NCBI GenBank assembly: GCA_902614395.1
Contig: CACMKW010000003.1
Span: 36,474 to 100,473 of the forward strand
Reading direction: 5' to 3'
From: an uncultured Alphaproteobacteria bacterium
GTDB taxonomy: Bacteria; Pseudomonadota; Alphaproteobacteria; HIMB59; GCA-002718135
Length of the DNA stretch: 64,000 bases
The position numbers and the translations under genes were made by a program. Positions 1 through 8,101 of this stretch are shown here, piece by piece. Every line of letters starts with the position of its first letter. The first letter of the stretch is position 1. The notes below the pieces were generated by a model. The model was not told where the DNA came from. It made no database searches and saw nothing but the letters and a program-made list of their open reading frames with translations.

Positions 1-393
1 AAAATATGCTATGGCTGTTTTAATTGCTGTTTCAACAGCTGATGAACCACAAATGGTAAAGAATATTTTATTTAAATCTTCGGGTGTATGTTTTGAAACT
101 TTTCTAGCTAAATCAAATGAACCACCAAAACCTTGTTGAAATGGTTGAACATAATCTAATTGCTCTAATTGTTTTGATACTGCTTCTCTTATTTCTGGTC
201 TTGAATGACCCGCAGGACTACAAAATAATCCTGAGCTAGCATCAATTAATTTATTTCCATAATGATCAGTATAATAAACACCTTCTGCCTTAACCATTAA
301 TCTTGGACTATTTTTATAGTCTCTATTGGATGTAAATGGCATCCAATGCTCTTCTAATGAATTAGGTATTTCAGTTCTTTTTTCTAAATCCAT
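1..393 (-). CDS. class III (omega-amino acid:pyruvate type) aminotransferase, N-terminal fragment; gene runs off the window start
   Basis: My own translation of the minus strand from ATG at 393-391: MDLEKRTEIPNSLEEHWMPFTSNRDYKNSPRLMVKAEGVYYTDHYGNKLIDASSGLFCSPAGHSRPEIREAVSKQLEQLDY...ICGSSAVETAIKTAIAYF. The HWMPFT..NR block, the G.FC..AGH block and GS.AVETA.K are typical of beta-alanine/taurine:pyruvate transaminases. It is absent from the ORF track because it is truncated by the window edge. Confidence 0.7.
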   Translation of the reverse strand, partial: MDLEKRTEIPNSLEEHWMPFTSNRDYKNSPRLMVKAEGVYYTDHYGNKLIDASSGLFCSPAGHSRPEIREAVSKQLEQLDYVQPFQQGFGGSFDLARKVSKHTPEDLNKIFFTICGSSAVETAIKTAIAYF

Positions 394-438
394 TTTTTTC
401 CTTAATAATGATTGAGTATATGAAATTATTCATAAATC

Positions 439-453
439 AAAGAATAATTCTTT
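439..453. promoter_or_regulatory. perfect 7+1+7 palindrome AAAGAATaATTCTTT in the divergent aminotransferase/pta promoter gap; candidate operator
   Basis: Read directly from the sequence. It lies in the 118-nt gap between two divergent genes. It is AT-only apart from one G/C pair per arm, so a chance occurrence is plausible. Confidence 0.2.
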
Positions 454-511
454 CACAATAAAGAAATATCATAGGAAAAATTGTAGCAGTGGTATAGAGA
501 GAATACCAAAT

Positions 512-1411
512 ATGAGCACATTACCAGAAGATCTTAAAAGTAAAGCTTTAGAGACTCCTAACATACCCGCTGCTGTCGTATGCCCCAATCAAGAAAGCAT
601 CTTATCAGCTGTAATTGAAGGTAAAAATATGAACCTCATCGATCCAACATTGATTGGAAATAAAAGTTTAATTACCGAAACGGCAAAAAATTTCAGTTTG
701 GATATTTCAAATTTTAATATTGTAGAGGCTAAAGATGAAGAGGAAAGTGCTTCAGTTGCATGTCAAATGTCTAATGAAAATAAAAGTAAAATCATAATTA
801 AAGGGAACCTCCATACTGATATTTTAATGCGCTCTTATTTAAAAAAAGAATTTAATTTACTTGATGGTAGACGATTAAGTCATATTTGGCATATGAGTAC
901 ACCACAACTTGAAAAACCTCTTTTTATCACTGATGGTGCCCTAAATGTTTTACCAAGAGTTGATATAAAATTACAGATTCTCAAAAATGCTGTTCAGTTT
1001 TGTAATAAATTAAACATCAGCAAACCAAAAGTGGCAATTTTATCAGGTACAGAAGATCCAATTGAAAGTATGCCAAGTTCAGTCGATGCAAAAAAAGTTA
1101 TGGAACTTGCGTTTGAAGAAAAAATTAATGCATTTATTCATGGTCCGCTTGCTTTTGATAATGCGGTTTCTGAAGAAGCGGCTAAAATAAAAGGAATCAA
1201 TAATGATGTTGCTGGTGATGCTGATATATTATTAGTACCTAATTTAGAAACTGGAAATTCTTTATCTAAAATAATGGTTTATTTTATGAAGGCATGTGCG
1301 GCAGGAATAGTAATCGGTGGTAAAGTACCAGTTGTTGTTCCAAGTAGAGCTGATACTAAACATTCTAAACTTGCATCAATTATGGCAGCTGTTGTTGCTG
1401 CAAATAATTAA
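512..1411 (+). CDS. pta: phosphate acetyl/butyryl transferase, short PTA_PTB-family form
   Basis: Blocks IIKGNLHTD, ITDGALNV.P, KVAILSGTED, HGPLAFDNAVS, VAGDADILLVPNLETGNSLSK and C-terminal VVPSRADT match the Pta/Ptb family. It is the ~300 aa short form. Confidence 0.75.
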   Translation: MSTLPEDLKSKALETPNIPAAVVCPNQESILSAVIEGKNMNLIDPTLIGNKSLITETAKNFSLDISNFNIVEAKDEEESASVACQMSNENKSKIIIKGNLHTDILMRSYLKKEFNLLDGRRLSHIWHMSTPQLEKPLFITDGALNVLPRVDIKLQILKNAVQFCNKLNISKPKVAILSGTEDPIESMPSSVDAKKVMELAFEEKINAFIHGPLAFDNAVSEEAAKIKGINNDVAGDADILLVPNLETGNSLSKIMVYFMKACAAGIVIGGKVPVVVPSRADTKHSKLASIMAAVVAANN

Positions 1412-1434
1412 TTAACAAATAAATTTTAAGTCGA

Positions 1435-2292
1435 ATGCTTTTAAGACATTACTTTTTAATTTTAATAATCACTTTTTTATTTGGAAGTGCCTATCCAGTT
1501 CAGAAAGTTATTTTTAATGAAAATGTACCCCCATTATTAATGGGAAGTTTAAGAATGTTAGTGGTTTTTATATGCCTTTTACCTTTTTGGAGATTTAGAA
1601 TTCCTGAAAAAAAATACTGGCTACCACTTCTCTTTTTTTCAATCTCTATGGGTTTTTTAGCAAATGTCTTTATGACATTATCATTAAATGAAGCAAACAT
1701 AGTTTCTCCAATAATAATTGGTTCTCAACTGGCTGTACCATTTGCAATATTATTAAGCTCATTTTTTTTAAAAGAGAAAGTAAGTATTAAAAAATGGGTA
1801 CTAATATTTATTTCTTTTTTTGGCATCATTTTATTGGGCTTTGATCCATTAATAAGAAATGAAATTTTTGCATTATTCTTAATTACGTTAATGGCATTCT
1901 TCTATGCTAGTGCACAAGTATTTTCCAGGTACCTAAAAGATTTAGAAGTTACTCTCACAAATGCGTTAATGGGACTAGTTGGATTTGTATTACTAATTAT
2001 TTCATCATCAATTTTTGAAGGACAAACAATAAACGAAATAAAAAATATTAGTTTTCAGTCATGGTTATTAATATTGCATTCAGGTATCTTTGTTTCAATT
2101 GCTGCACACATGTCGATGTTTTATTTGTATAGGATGTATCCTGTTAATAGAGTATTTCCATTTTACGCTTTATTTCCTGTATTTGGCGTGTTGTTAACAT
2201 TTATAATTTTTTATGAAATACCAACTTTAATTACTTTTATTGGTGGTGTAATCGTAATCGTAGCAACTTATTTTATAAATAAAGAAAATTAA
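1435..2292 (+). CDS. DMT/EamA-family membrane transporter
   Basis: About 10 hydrophobic segments in two similar halves, 285 aa. It starts 24 nt after the pta stop on the same strand. Confidence 0.65.
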   Translation: MLLRHYFLILIITFLFGSAYPVQKVIFNENVPPLLMGSLRMLVVFICLLPFWRFRIPEKKYWLPLLFFSISMGFLANVFMTLSLNEANIVSPIIIGSQLAVPFAILLSSFFLKEKVSIKKWVLIFISFFGIILLGFDPLIRNEIFALFLITLMAFFYASAQVFSRYLKDLEVTLTNALMGLVGFVLLIISSSIFEGQTINEIKNISFQSWLLILHSGIFVSIAAHMSMFYLYRMYPVNRVFPFYALFPVFGVLLTFIIFYEIPTLITFIGGVIVIVATYFINKEN

Positions 2293-2299
2293 CTTTTGA

Positions 2300-3067
2300 T
2301 TATTTAGCTGTCCATCCTCCATCAATTACTAGTGATGAACCAGTCATCATTGATGCAGCATCTGAGGCAAGATACACTACAGCACTAGCAATATCACTTT
2401 CAGTAGCTACTTTTCCTAAAGGTATGTTTTCAATTACAGATTTTTTAAAACTTTTATCTTTAAAAAATTTTTTGACCATTGGGGTTTCCACAAATGTAGG
2501 GCAAACGGAATTAACTCTAATGTTGTGCTTAGCCAAATCAATAGCCATCCCTTTGGTGAGACCTTCAACACCAAACTTAGTCATATTGTAAACACTTCTA
2601 AGAGGAGCGCCTACTTTACCTAACTGAGAAGAGATATTTATTATTGATCCACCAATTTTTTTTCTATTTTTAGTTTTAAGCATAACTTTTGTAGCTAATT
2701 GAGCAATATCGAATGATGCTTTAATATTAAGATCAACCACTTCACTCATATCTTTTCTTTTAATTTTAGTAAAATATTCAGGTCTATTTGTGCCAGCATT
2801 ATTCACTAATATGTCTAATTTATTGATTTCAGAAAATATTTTTTTAATTTCTTTTAAATTAGTTACATCACACACATAATAACTACATTTCTTTTTGAGT
2901 TTTTTAATTTTGTCTTGAACAATTAAAAGATCTTTCTCTGTACGACTAAGAATAATTATATTTGCACCTGCTTCTGCTAATGCTATTGCACATGCTTTAC
3001 CAATGCCTTTACCTGATCCTGTAACAAGAGCAGTTTTGTTGTTTACAGTAAAATTTTTTAGAAACAT
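2300..3067 (-). CDS. short-chain dehydrogenase/reductase (classical SDR)
   Basis: Cofactor motif TGSGKGIGKA, NNAG, and catalytic S...YNMTK. 255 aa. It is the last gene of the minus-strand importer operon. Confidence 0.85.
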   Translation of the reverse strand: MFLKNFTVNNKTALVTGSGKGIGKACAIALAEAGANIIILSRTEKDLLIVQDKIKKLKKKCSYYVCDVTNLKEIKKIFSEINKLDILVNNAGTNRPEYFTKIKRKDMSEVVDLNIKASFDIAQLATKVMLKTKNRKKIGGSIINISSQLGKVGAPLRSVYNMTKFGVEGLTKGMAIDLAKHNIRVNSVCPTFVETPMVKKFFKDKSFKKSVIENIPLGKVATESDIASAVVYLASDAASMMTGSSLVIDGGWTAK

Positions 3068-3080
3068 TTATTATAATTGT

Positions 3081-3740
3081 TTACAATGAAAAAATAGATT
3101 GATCTAATAAATTCATTTTTTTGATGCACATTTGAAAATTATCTTCTAGGTGGTAATCACCTGGAAACCCAATACATTTAATTCCAGCGTTTACAGCAGA
3201 ATTACTACTTTCTTCAGTATCCTCTATTGCAAGACAATCTTCTGATTGTAAATTTAATTTATCTAACGTAACTTTATAAATTTCTGGATGTGGTTTTTCA
3301 TTTTTAACCAATGATTTATTACCAATGAATTCAAATTCTTCTTTTGAAATTTGACCTGAAAGACTTTCAAATACTGCATCGACATTATTTAAAGTTGTAG
3401 AAGTTGAGAAAGCAAGTTTAATATTATTATCTTTTGTATACTTAATTATTTCATCAACGCTCTTTCTTAATTTTTGTTTGTTCTGAATAATGAATGAGCT
3501 AAAGATTTCTGTTTTTCTATTTCTAATTTGTGAAGCGTTAACATTAGTATTATTTTTTTCAGCAAAATCTTCTACCCTTTTTGTCCCACCAGATTTTTTT
3601 AACAAAATTTTATAGTCTTGCTCATCCCAATACCAATCAAGTCCAGCTTCTTTAAAAGCTTCGTTAAATGAGTTACGTTGAATGTTAGAAGATTCAATTA
3701 GTGTCCCAATAGATCCAAATAGAAGTGCTTTATATTTCAT
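3081..3740 (-). CDS. HAD-superfamily (subfamily IA-like) protein with non-canonical motif I
   Basis: Motif II LAFSTST, motif III EKPHPEIY, motif IV IEDTEESSNSAVNAG. Motif I reads LLFGSIGTLIE where hhhDxDGT is expected. Confidence 0.65.
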   Translation of the reverse strand: MKYKALLFGSIGTLIESSNIQRNSFNEAFKEAGLDWYWDEQDYKILLKKSGGTKRVEDFAEKNNTNVNASQIRNRKTEIFSSFIIQNKQKLRKSVDEIIKYTKDNNIKLAFSTSTTLNNVDAVFESLSGQISKEEFEFIGNKSLVKNEKPHPEIYKVTLDKLNLQSEDCLAIEDTEESSNSAVNAGIKCIGFPGDYHLEDNFQMCIKKMNLLDQSIFSL

Positions 3741-3758
3741 AAGATTAGAAATTTATTA

Positions 3759-4640
3759 TTAACCTTTTACTGCTCCAGCAGTTAAACCACTTATTAATTG
3801 TCTTTGGAAAAACATAATTATCATAAAAAGTGGTGCTGTTGCTGAAACAACACTTGAGACTGCCCACATATAATTTCCACTATGTTCAATTGTACCCAAA
3901 TAAGCATTAATTTTAGGAACCATAGTATAATTCTGCTGATTTAAAAGAAGTGAAGTAACTGTAAAATCATTATAGGCTAACATCATACTGAATAAACCTG
4001 CTGTAACAACTCCAGGCCACATAACAGGCATTATAACAAATCGAAACGCTTGAAAATATGAACAGCCATCAATTAGTGCGCTTTCATCTAACTCTTTAGG
4101 AACTGTTTTAAAGAATGAATAAAGTAACCATAATGTAAAGGGTTGATTGATTGCGACTAAAACAATTATGGTAGTTGGAAGTATGCCCCAAACGTTCAAT
4201 TGGAAAAAGGGAAACAGATAACCTGAAACTAATGTAATGTGTGGCATCGCTCTAAAAATCAAGGCAGCTATTAAAATCCAAAAAGTATATTTATATGTCG
4301 ATCTAGACAAGGCATAAGCACCTAATGTTCCTAAAAATAAAGAGATCGTAACAACTGAAACAGTAATAATAATTGTATTCATTGTTGCTTTCCAAAATTC
4401 ACCTTCAGTCCAAGACTCTACATAAGCCTTGACTGTAGAAGTATCTCCTGTTTCAATTAAAGTATTAACTCCTGTGACTGCAAACATCCAATCAGCTCTT
4501 GAGAAAAAGTCGGCTTTTACTTTAAATGATCCCCAAAAAGTCCATATAAAAGGAAACACAGAAATAATTAACCAAGCAAGAATAAAAAAACTATTTATTA
4601 AAATTAGTTGTTTTGAGTATCTGTTAATTTTTGATTCCAT
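3759..4640 (-). CDS. carbohydrate-type ABC transporter permease (MalG/UgpE-like)
   Basis: Six hydrophobic segments and an EAA loop LDESALIDGCSYFQAFRFVIMP. Confidence 0.85.
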   Translation of the reverse strand: MESKINRYSKQLILINSFFILAWLIISVFPFIWTFWGSFKVKADFFSRADWMFAVTGVNTLIETGDTSTVKAYVESWTEGEFWKATMNTIIITVSVVTISLFLGTLGAYALSRSTYKYTFWILIAALIFRAMPHITLVSGYLFPFFQLNVWGILPTTIIVLVAINQPFTLWLLYSFFKTVPKELDESALIDGCSYFQAFRFVIMPVMWPGVVTAGLFSMMLAYNDFTVTSLLLNQQNYTMVPKINAYLGTIEHSGNYMWAVSSVVSATAPLFMIIMFFQRQLISGLTAGAVKG

Positions 4641-4641
4641 A

Positions 4642-5670
4642 TTATCTTTCTGTCCTAAATTCTCTCCATGTTCTTATAAGTACTGGTGTTAATAGAATTG
4701 CTACACCAATAATAGTTAACATAGATGTTGCTCCTGCAGACCCAAATAACATTTTGTTTTCACTTCTTAAGTCGTTATAAATCATCCAAGAAAGTGATTG
4801 AGCAACTCCTTCAGCAGCGAACCCAATTATTGGCTCAAGAACTCTGAAATTATCCATTAGACAAATTAATATAATAAATGTTGCTACCGGATAAAGATGT
4901 GGAATAACAATGTGTCTGACTCGTTCATATCTTGAGGCACCATCTATGATCGCTGCTTCAATTGGATCTTGAGGAACAGTTTGTAATGCAGCATAAAAAA
5001 CAACAAAAGCAAATGGTGTATTGTGCCAGATCCCGTAAATAATCAGAGTAATCCAAGTCAATTGACTTGAAGACTTCAGTGATAGATTTGGATCATCAAA
5101 TAAGAATTGAATGAATGAACCTAATATTCCTTTAGCATCTATCATCCAAAATAAAACGAGAGACCCAATCAATGGTGTTACAATCATAGGCAGTATAACA
5201 CCAAAAATGGTTGGGCCTTTTAAGCTTTTTGTAATTGTATTTACACTTAAAGCAACAATGAAACCTAAAACTACAACTGGTGGTGTAACGGCAAAACAAA
5301 ATGTAAGTGTAAATAAAAGTGCTTTGTAAAAAGGTAAATTGAGTAAAATATCTGTAAACTCAGCTATCGATGAGGAATTAGTCCAAGCTTCTTTAATTTC
5401 ATCAAAAGCCAAATGATTTCTATCGCCGTATGTTCCTAAACCATTAAATCTTCCAAGAGGTTGTTCTTCTTGTAATTTTGTAGTGGCCTCAATATCTACT
5501 TTAGTTTCTGTTTTACATCCAAATGGATCGCATTTTTCTACTTCCATTAAAATTTGTTCAGGTTCAATATGAAGAGATTGAAAAAAACTAGAAATAATTG
5601 GAAGGCCAATAAATAATAGCATTGCCAATCCACTTGGAAAGAAGAACCAAAAAAATGTTCTGTGGGGCAT
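4642..5670 (-). CDS. carbohydrate-type ABC transporter permease (MalF/UgpA-like)
   Basis: EAA loop IEAAIIDGASRYERVRHIVIP and a long loop after TM1. Its stop is 1 nt from the next permease start. Confidence 0.85.
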   Translation of the reverse strand: MPHRTFFWFFFPSGLAMLLFIGLPIISSFFQSLHIEPEQILMEVEKCDPFGCKTETKVDIEATTKLQEEQPLGRFNGLGTYGDRNHLAFDEIKEAWTNSSSIAEFTDILLNLPFYKALLFTLTFCFAVTPPVVVLGFIVALSVNTITKSLKGPTIFGVILPMIVTPLIGSLVLFWMIDAKGILGSFIQFLFDDPNLSLKSSSQLTWITLIIYGIWHNTPFAFVVFYAALQTVPQDPIEAAIIDGASRYERVRHIVIPHLYPVATFIILICLMDNFRVLEPIIGFAAEGVAQSLSWMIYNDLRSENKMLFGSAGATSMLTIIGVAILLTPVLIRTWREFRTER

Positions 5671-5682
5671 CTATTTCTTACT

Positions 5683-5714
5683 AAAAAAAAAGTGGAACAT
5701 AATAATGTTCCACT
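5683..5714 (-). terminator. intercistronic rho-independent hairpin (attenuator) between the SBP and permease genes
   Basis: On the minus strand: AGTGGAACAT-tatt-ATGTTCCACT followed by a run of 9 T. It lies 22 nt after the SBP stop and 12 nt before the permease start. Confidence 0.6.
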
Positions 5715-5736
5715 TTATCATAAATAATTATACGGT

Positions 5737-6972
5737 TTATAGAAAACCTTGCTCAGTAGCTTTTGCTACATAAGCAGCTTCTACATCCGCTAATGCTTTT
5801 TCAGCAGACTCATTTCCTTGAAGGAATTCAACAAGTTCCGTACTCAAAGCACCATGTAATAGACTCATGTATGGTAAGCTTGGGTAAGGTGTTGCACCTC
5901 TGTTAGCAGCATCAACAACTGGTCCTGCTGTATCTCCAGGCGAATAACCATCAATCAACCAAATTGTTGCATTTGGATTAGCATTTGCCATTTCTGTTGA
6001 AGTTGCTGCACCTAAAAGAGCTCTAAAAGATGCTTCTGCATTTTCATCAGAAGTATTTGTTGCAATTCCAAATCCATCCCACCATAGAGTTGTTGCTGGT
6101 TTACTTCCACCACCTACAGATGGAGAAGGAGCCAATCTAGTATCAGCTTTAATTGCTTGATCACCTTCATCATCTAACAATGAAGCTGCACCTGAATTCC
6201 AGATGTGCATTAATGCTACATTACCAGACTCCCATTCTTCTTTAACTGCATTTGTATCTTGAGTTAAGAAATCAGGGTTACTTACTTCAGTTAATCTTTT
6301 AAGCATGTTAAGAGCAGCTACACCTTTAGCGTTATTTACACTAACTTCAGCTGTTCCAGCTTTAAAGAAATCACCCCCGTGACCAAGGTACATGTTTACA
6401 AACTCTTGACCTAAGTTCCATCCAGATTTGAAAGCACCAGCATATGGGTTAGCCATTTTACCAGAAGCTTTAATTTTTTCTGCAGCTGCAATTACCTCTT
6501 CATATGTTGAAGGAACTGCAATACCTAAATCATTAAGAATACTTTCTCTGTACCAAAGATGTTGAGCATTAGCCATAAATGCTACTGCATAAATTTTACC
6601 ATCAATCACGATTTTTTGATTGTCTTGTAATGCACTTCCGTATTTAGCAACTAAATCATCAAGTGGACGAATTAAATTATCATTCATTAAAGTTGTAATT
6701 GAACCATTAGTTACAAGTTTAGCAGAGAATTCAGCTGGGTTAGCTGAAAGTGCTGCAACTTGTAATTTATTATGATCAACGGAATGTGTTACAGAAAAAT
6801 CTGCATCAGGTCCTGCACAACTTTTTACTTCATCCATGAAAATTCTGTATGTTGTAAATTCGTTTGCTAGAATCTTTATTGATCCATCTGTTACTCCACA
6901 AGGTGAGTGCCCACCGGCATATGCACTTGTGCTAACAAATGTGAACAATAGAGCTATTAATAGTTTTTTCAT
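5737..6972 (-). CDS. ABC transporter periplasmic substrate-binding protein, family 1 (sugar/polyol type)
   Basis: Signal peptide MKKLLIALLFTFVSTSAYA. 411 aa. It is the first gene of an operon with two sugar-type permeases. Confidence 0.8.
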   Translation of the reverse strand: MKKLLIALLFTFVSTSAYAGGHSPCGVTDGSIKILANEFTTYRIFMDEVKSCAGPDADFSVTHSVDHNKLQVAALSANPAEFSAKLVTNGSITTLMNDNLIRPLDDLVAKYGSALQDNQKIVIDGKIYAVAFMANAQHLWYRESILNDLGIAVPSTYEEVIAAAEKIKASGKMANPYAGAFKSGWNLGQEFVNMYLGHGGDFFKAGTAEVSVNNAKGVAALNMLKRLTEVSNPDFLTQDTNAVKEEWESGNVALMHIWNSGAASLLDDEGDQAIKADTRLAPSPSVGGGSKPATTLWWDGFGIATNTSDENAEASFRALLGAATSTEMANANPNATIWLIDGYSPGDTAGPVVDAANRGATPYPSLPYMSLLHGALSTELVEFLQGNESAEKALADVEAAYVAKATEQGFL

Positions 6973-6994
6973 ATATTTCCCCTTATTAATAAAG

Positions 6995-7007
6995 TGTGAA
7001 ATTCACA
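6995..7007. promoter_or_regulatory. palindrome TGTGAAaTTCACA upstream of the SBP operon; candidate operator
   Basis: Perfect 6+1+6 inverted repeat, 23 nt upstream of the SBP start codon at 6972. The half-site TGTGAA resembles LacI/GalR-type half-sites, but the spacing is odd. Confidence 0.3.
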
Positions 7008-7063
7008 TTTAAGTATAAATCCTTTATATTAGTATTAGAAAATAATGCAATAATATGAATTGA

Positions 7064-7081
7064 TATTCAAGATTTTGAATA
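7064..7081. promoter_or_regulatory. operator candidate TATTCA-N6-TGAATA (site 1 of a motif recurring in this island)
   Basis: TATTCAagatttTGAATA. The arms extend to 8 bp (ATATTCAA/TTGAATAT). It ends 20 nt before the LacI-family start codon. Confidence 0.5.
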
Positions 7082-7101
7082 TTGAAATGGGGGGATAATT
7101 C

Positions 7102-8100
7102 ATGAGTTTTAAAAAGACTGCGACATCACAGGACGTAGCAAAACTAGCAGGAGTATCCCAATCAGCTGTTTCTAGATGTTTTACAAAAGGTGCTAGCATT
7201 TCTAGTAGAACAAAATTGAGAGTCTTGGAAGCAGCTAGGAAATTAAAATATAAAGCACCTAATATAACTTCTAATTCAATATCTAATGATGATAGCGGAT
7301 TAGTTGCTGTCATTTTACCTTACGTTACAAGCAGATATTATCCAGAAGTTTTAATAGAGTTACATGAAGCACTAAGGAATGGAGGCTTTAGAATTTTATT
7401 AATTACAACTGATGATGGAGAGGAATTAGATGAAAAATTAATACAGCCATACTTAAAAGAAAAACTCATTGCAATAATATCAGCAACAAAACCTACTGAT
7501 AAATTTGTCGAAGATTGCAATCAAAAAAGAATACAATTTATTGCTTATAATAGAAGTTGGAATATACCAACGATAAGTTCTGTTGCATGTGATCATCGTA
7601 ACGGAGGAGAATTAGTTGCAGAATATTTTACAAAGAAAAATCATAAAAATATTGGCCTGATTGAAGGGCCAAAAGGATCTTTTGTAAGTGATGAGCGATG
7701 CAAAGGTTTTAAAAATTATCTTAAAAATAATAAAAAAATTAAATTAAATATTGAAAAAGGTTTTTTTACTTACGAAGGTGGATATCAAGCAACAGAAAAA
7801 ATTTTCAATAAAAAGATAAGTGCAATATTTTGTGCTGATGACACAATGGCATTCGGATGCTTAGATTATATTAAAAAAAATACTTCATTAAAAACACCTT
7901 CTCAATTAGAAATTATTGGTTATGACGATATATCAATGTCAGCTTGGGGATCATATAACCTTACAACTGTCAGACAACCTATTAGACAAATGTCAAAAAT
8001 AGCAACTCAATTAATAAATGAATATATTAAAGATCCAGATTTTGAACCTATAAATCATATTGTACAGGGAAGACTTATAAAAAGAAAAACTACAAAATAA
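7102..8100 (+). CDS. LacI-family transcriptional regulator
   Basis: N-terminal HTH TSQDVAKLAGVSQSAVSRCF and a periplasmic-binding-fold effector domain. 332 aa. G-rich SD-like run at 7089-7094. Confidence 0.85.
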   Translation: MSFKKTATSQDVAKLAGVSQSAVSRCFTKGASISSRTKLRVLEAARKLKYKAPNITSNSISNDDSGLVAVILPYVTSRYYPEVLIELHEALRNGGFRILLITTDDGEELDEKLIQPYLKEKLIAIISATKPTDKFVEDCNQKRIQFIAYNRSWNIPTISSVACDHRNGGELVAEYFTKKNHKNIGLIEGPKGSFVSDERCKGFKNYLKNNKKIKLNIEKGFFTYEGGYQATEKIFNKKISAIFCADDTMAFGCLDYIKKNTSLKTPSQLEIIGYDDISMSAWGSYNLTTVRQPIRQMSKIATQLINEYIKDPDFEPINHIVQGRLIKRKTTK

Positions 8101-8101
8101 T

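Noticed and set aside
6995-7007. Interpreting TGTGAAaTTCACA as a CRP/FNR-type site
   Set aside because: CRP sites are TGTGA-N6-TCACA. Here the half-sites are separated by only 3 nt (counted from TGTGA to TCACA), so the spacing is incompatible.
7035-7313. 92-aa minus-strand ORF spanning the lacI-family start and the operator gap
   Set aside because: It overlaps the HTH-encoding 5' end of a clear LacI-family gene on the other strand and runs through the promoter and operator region. It shows no recognisable features.
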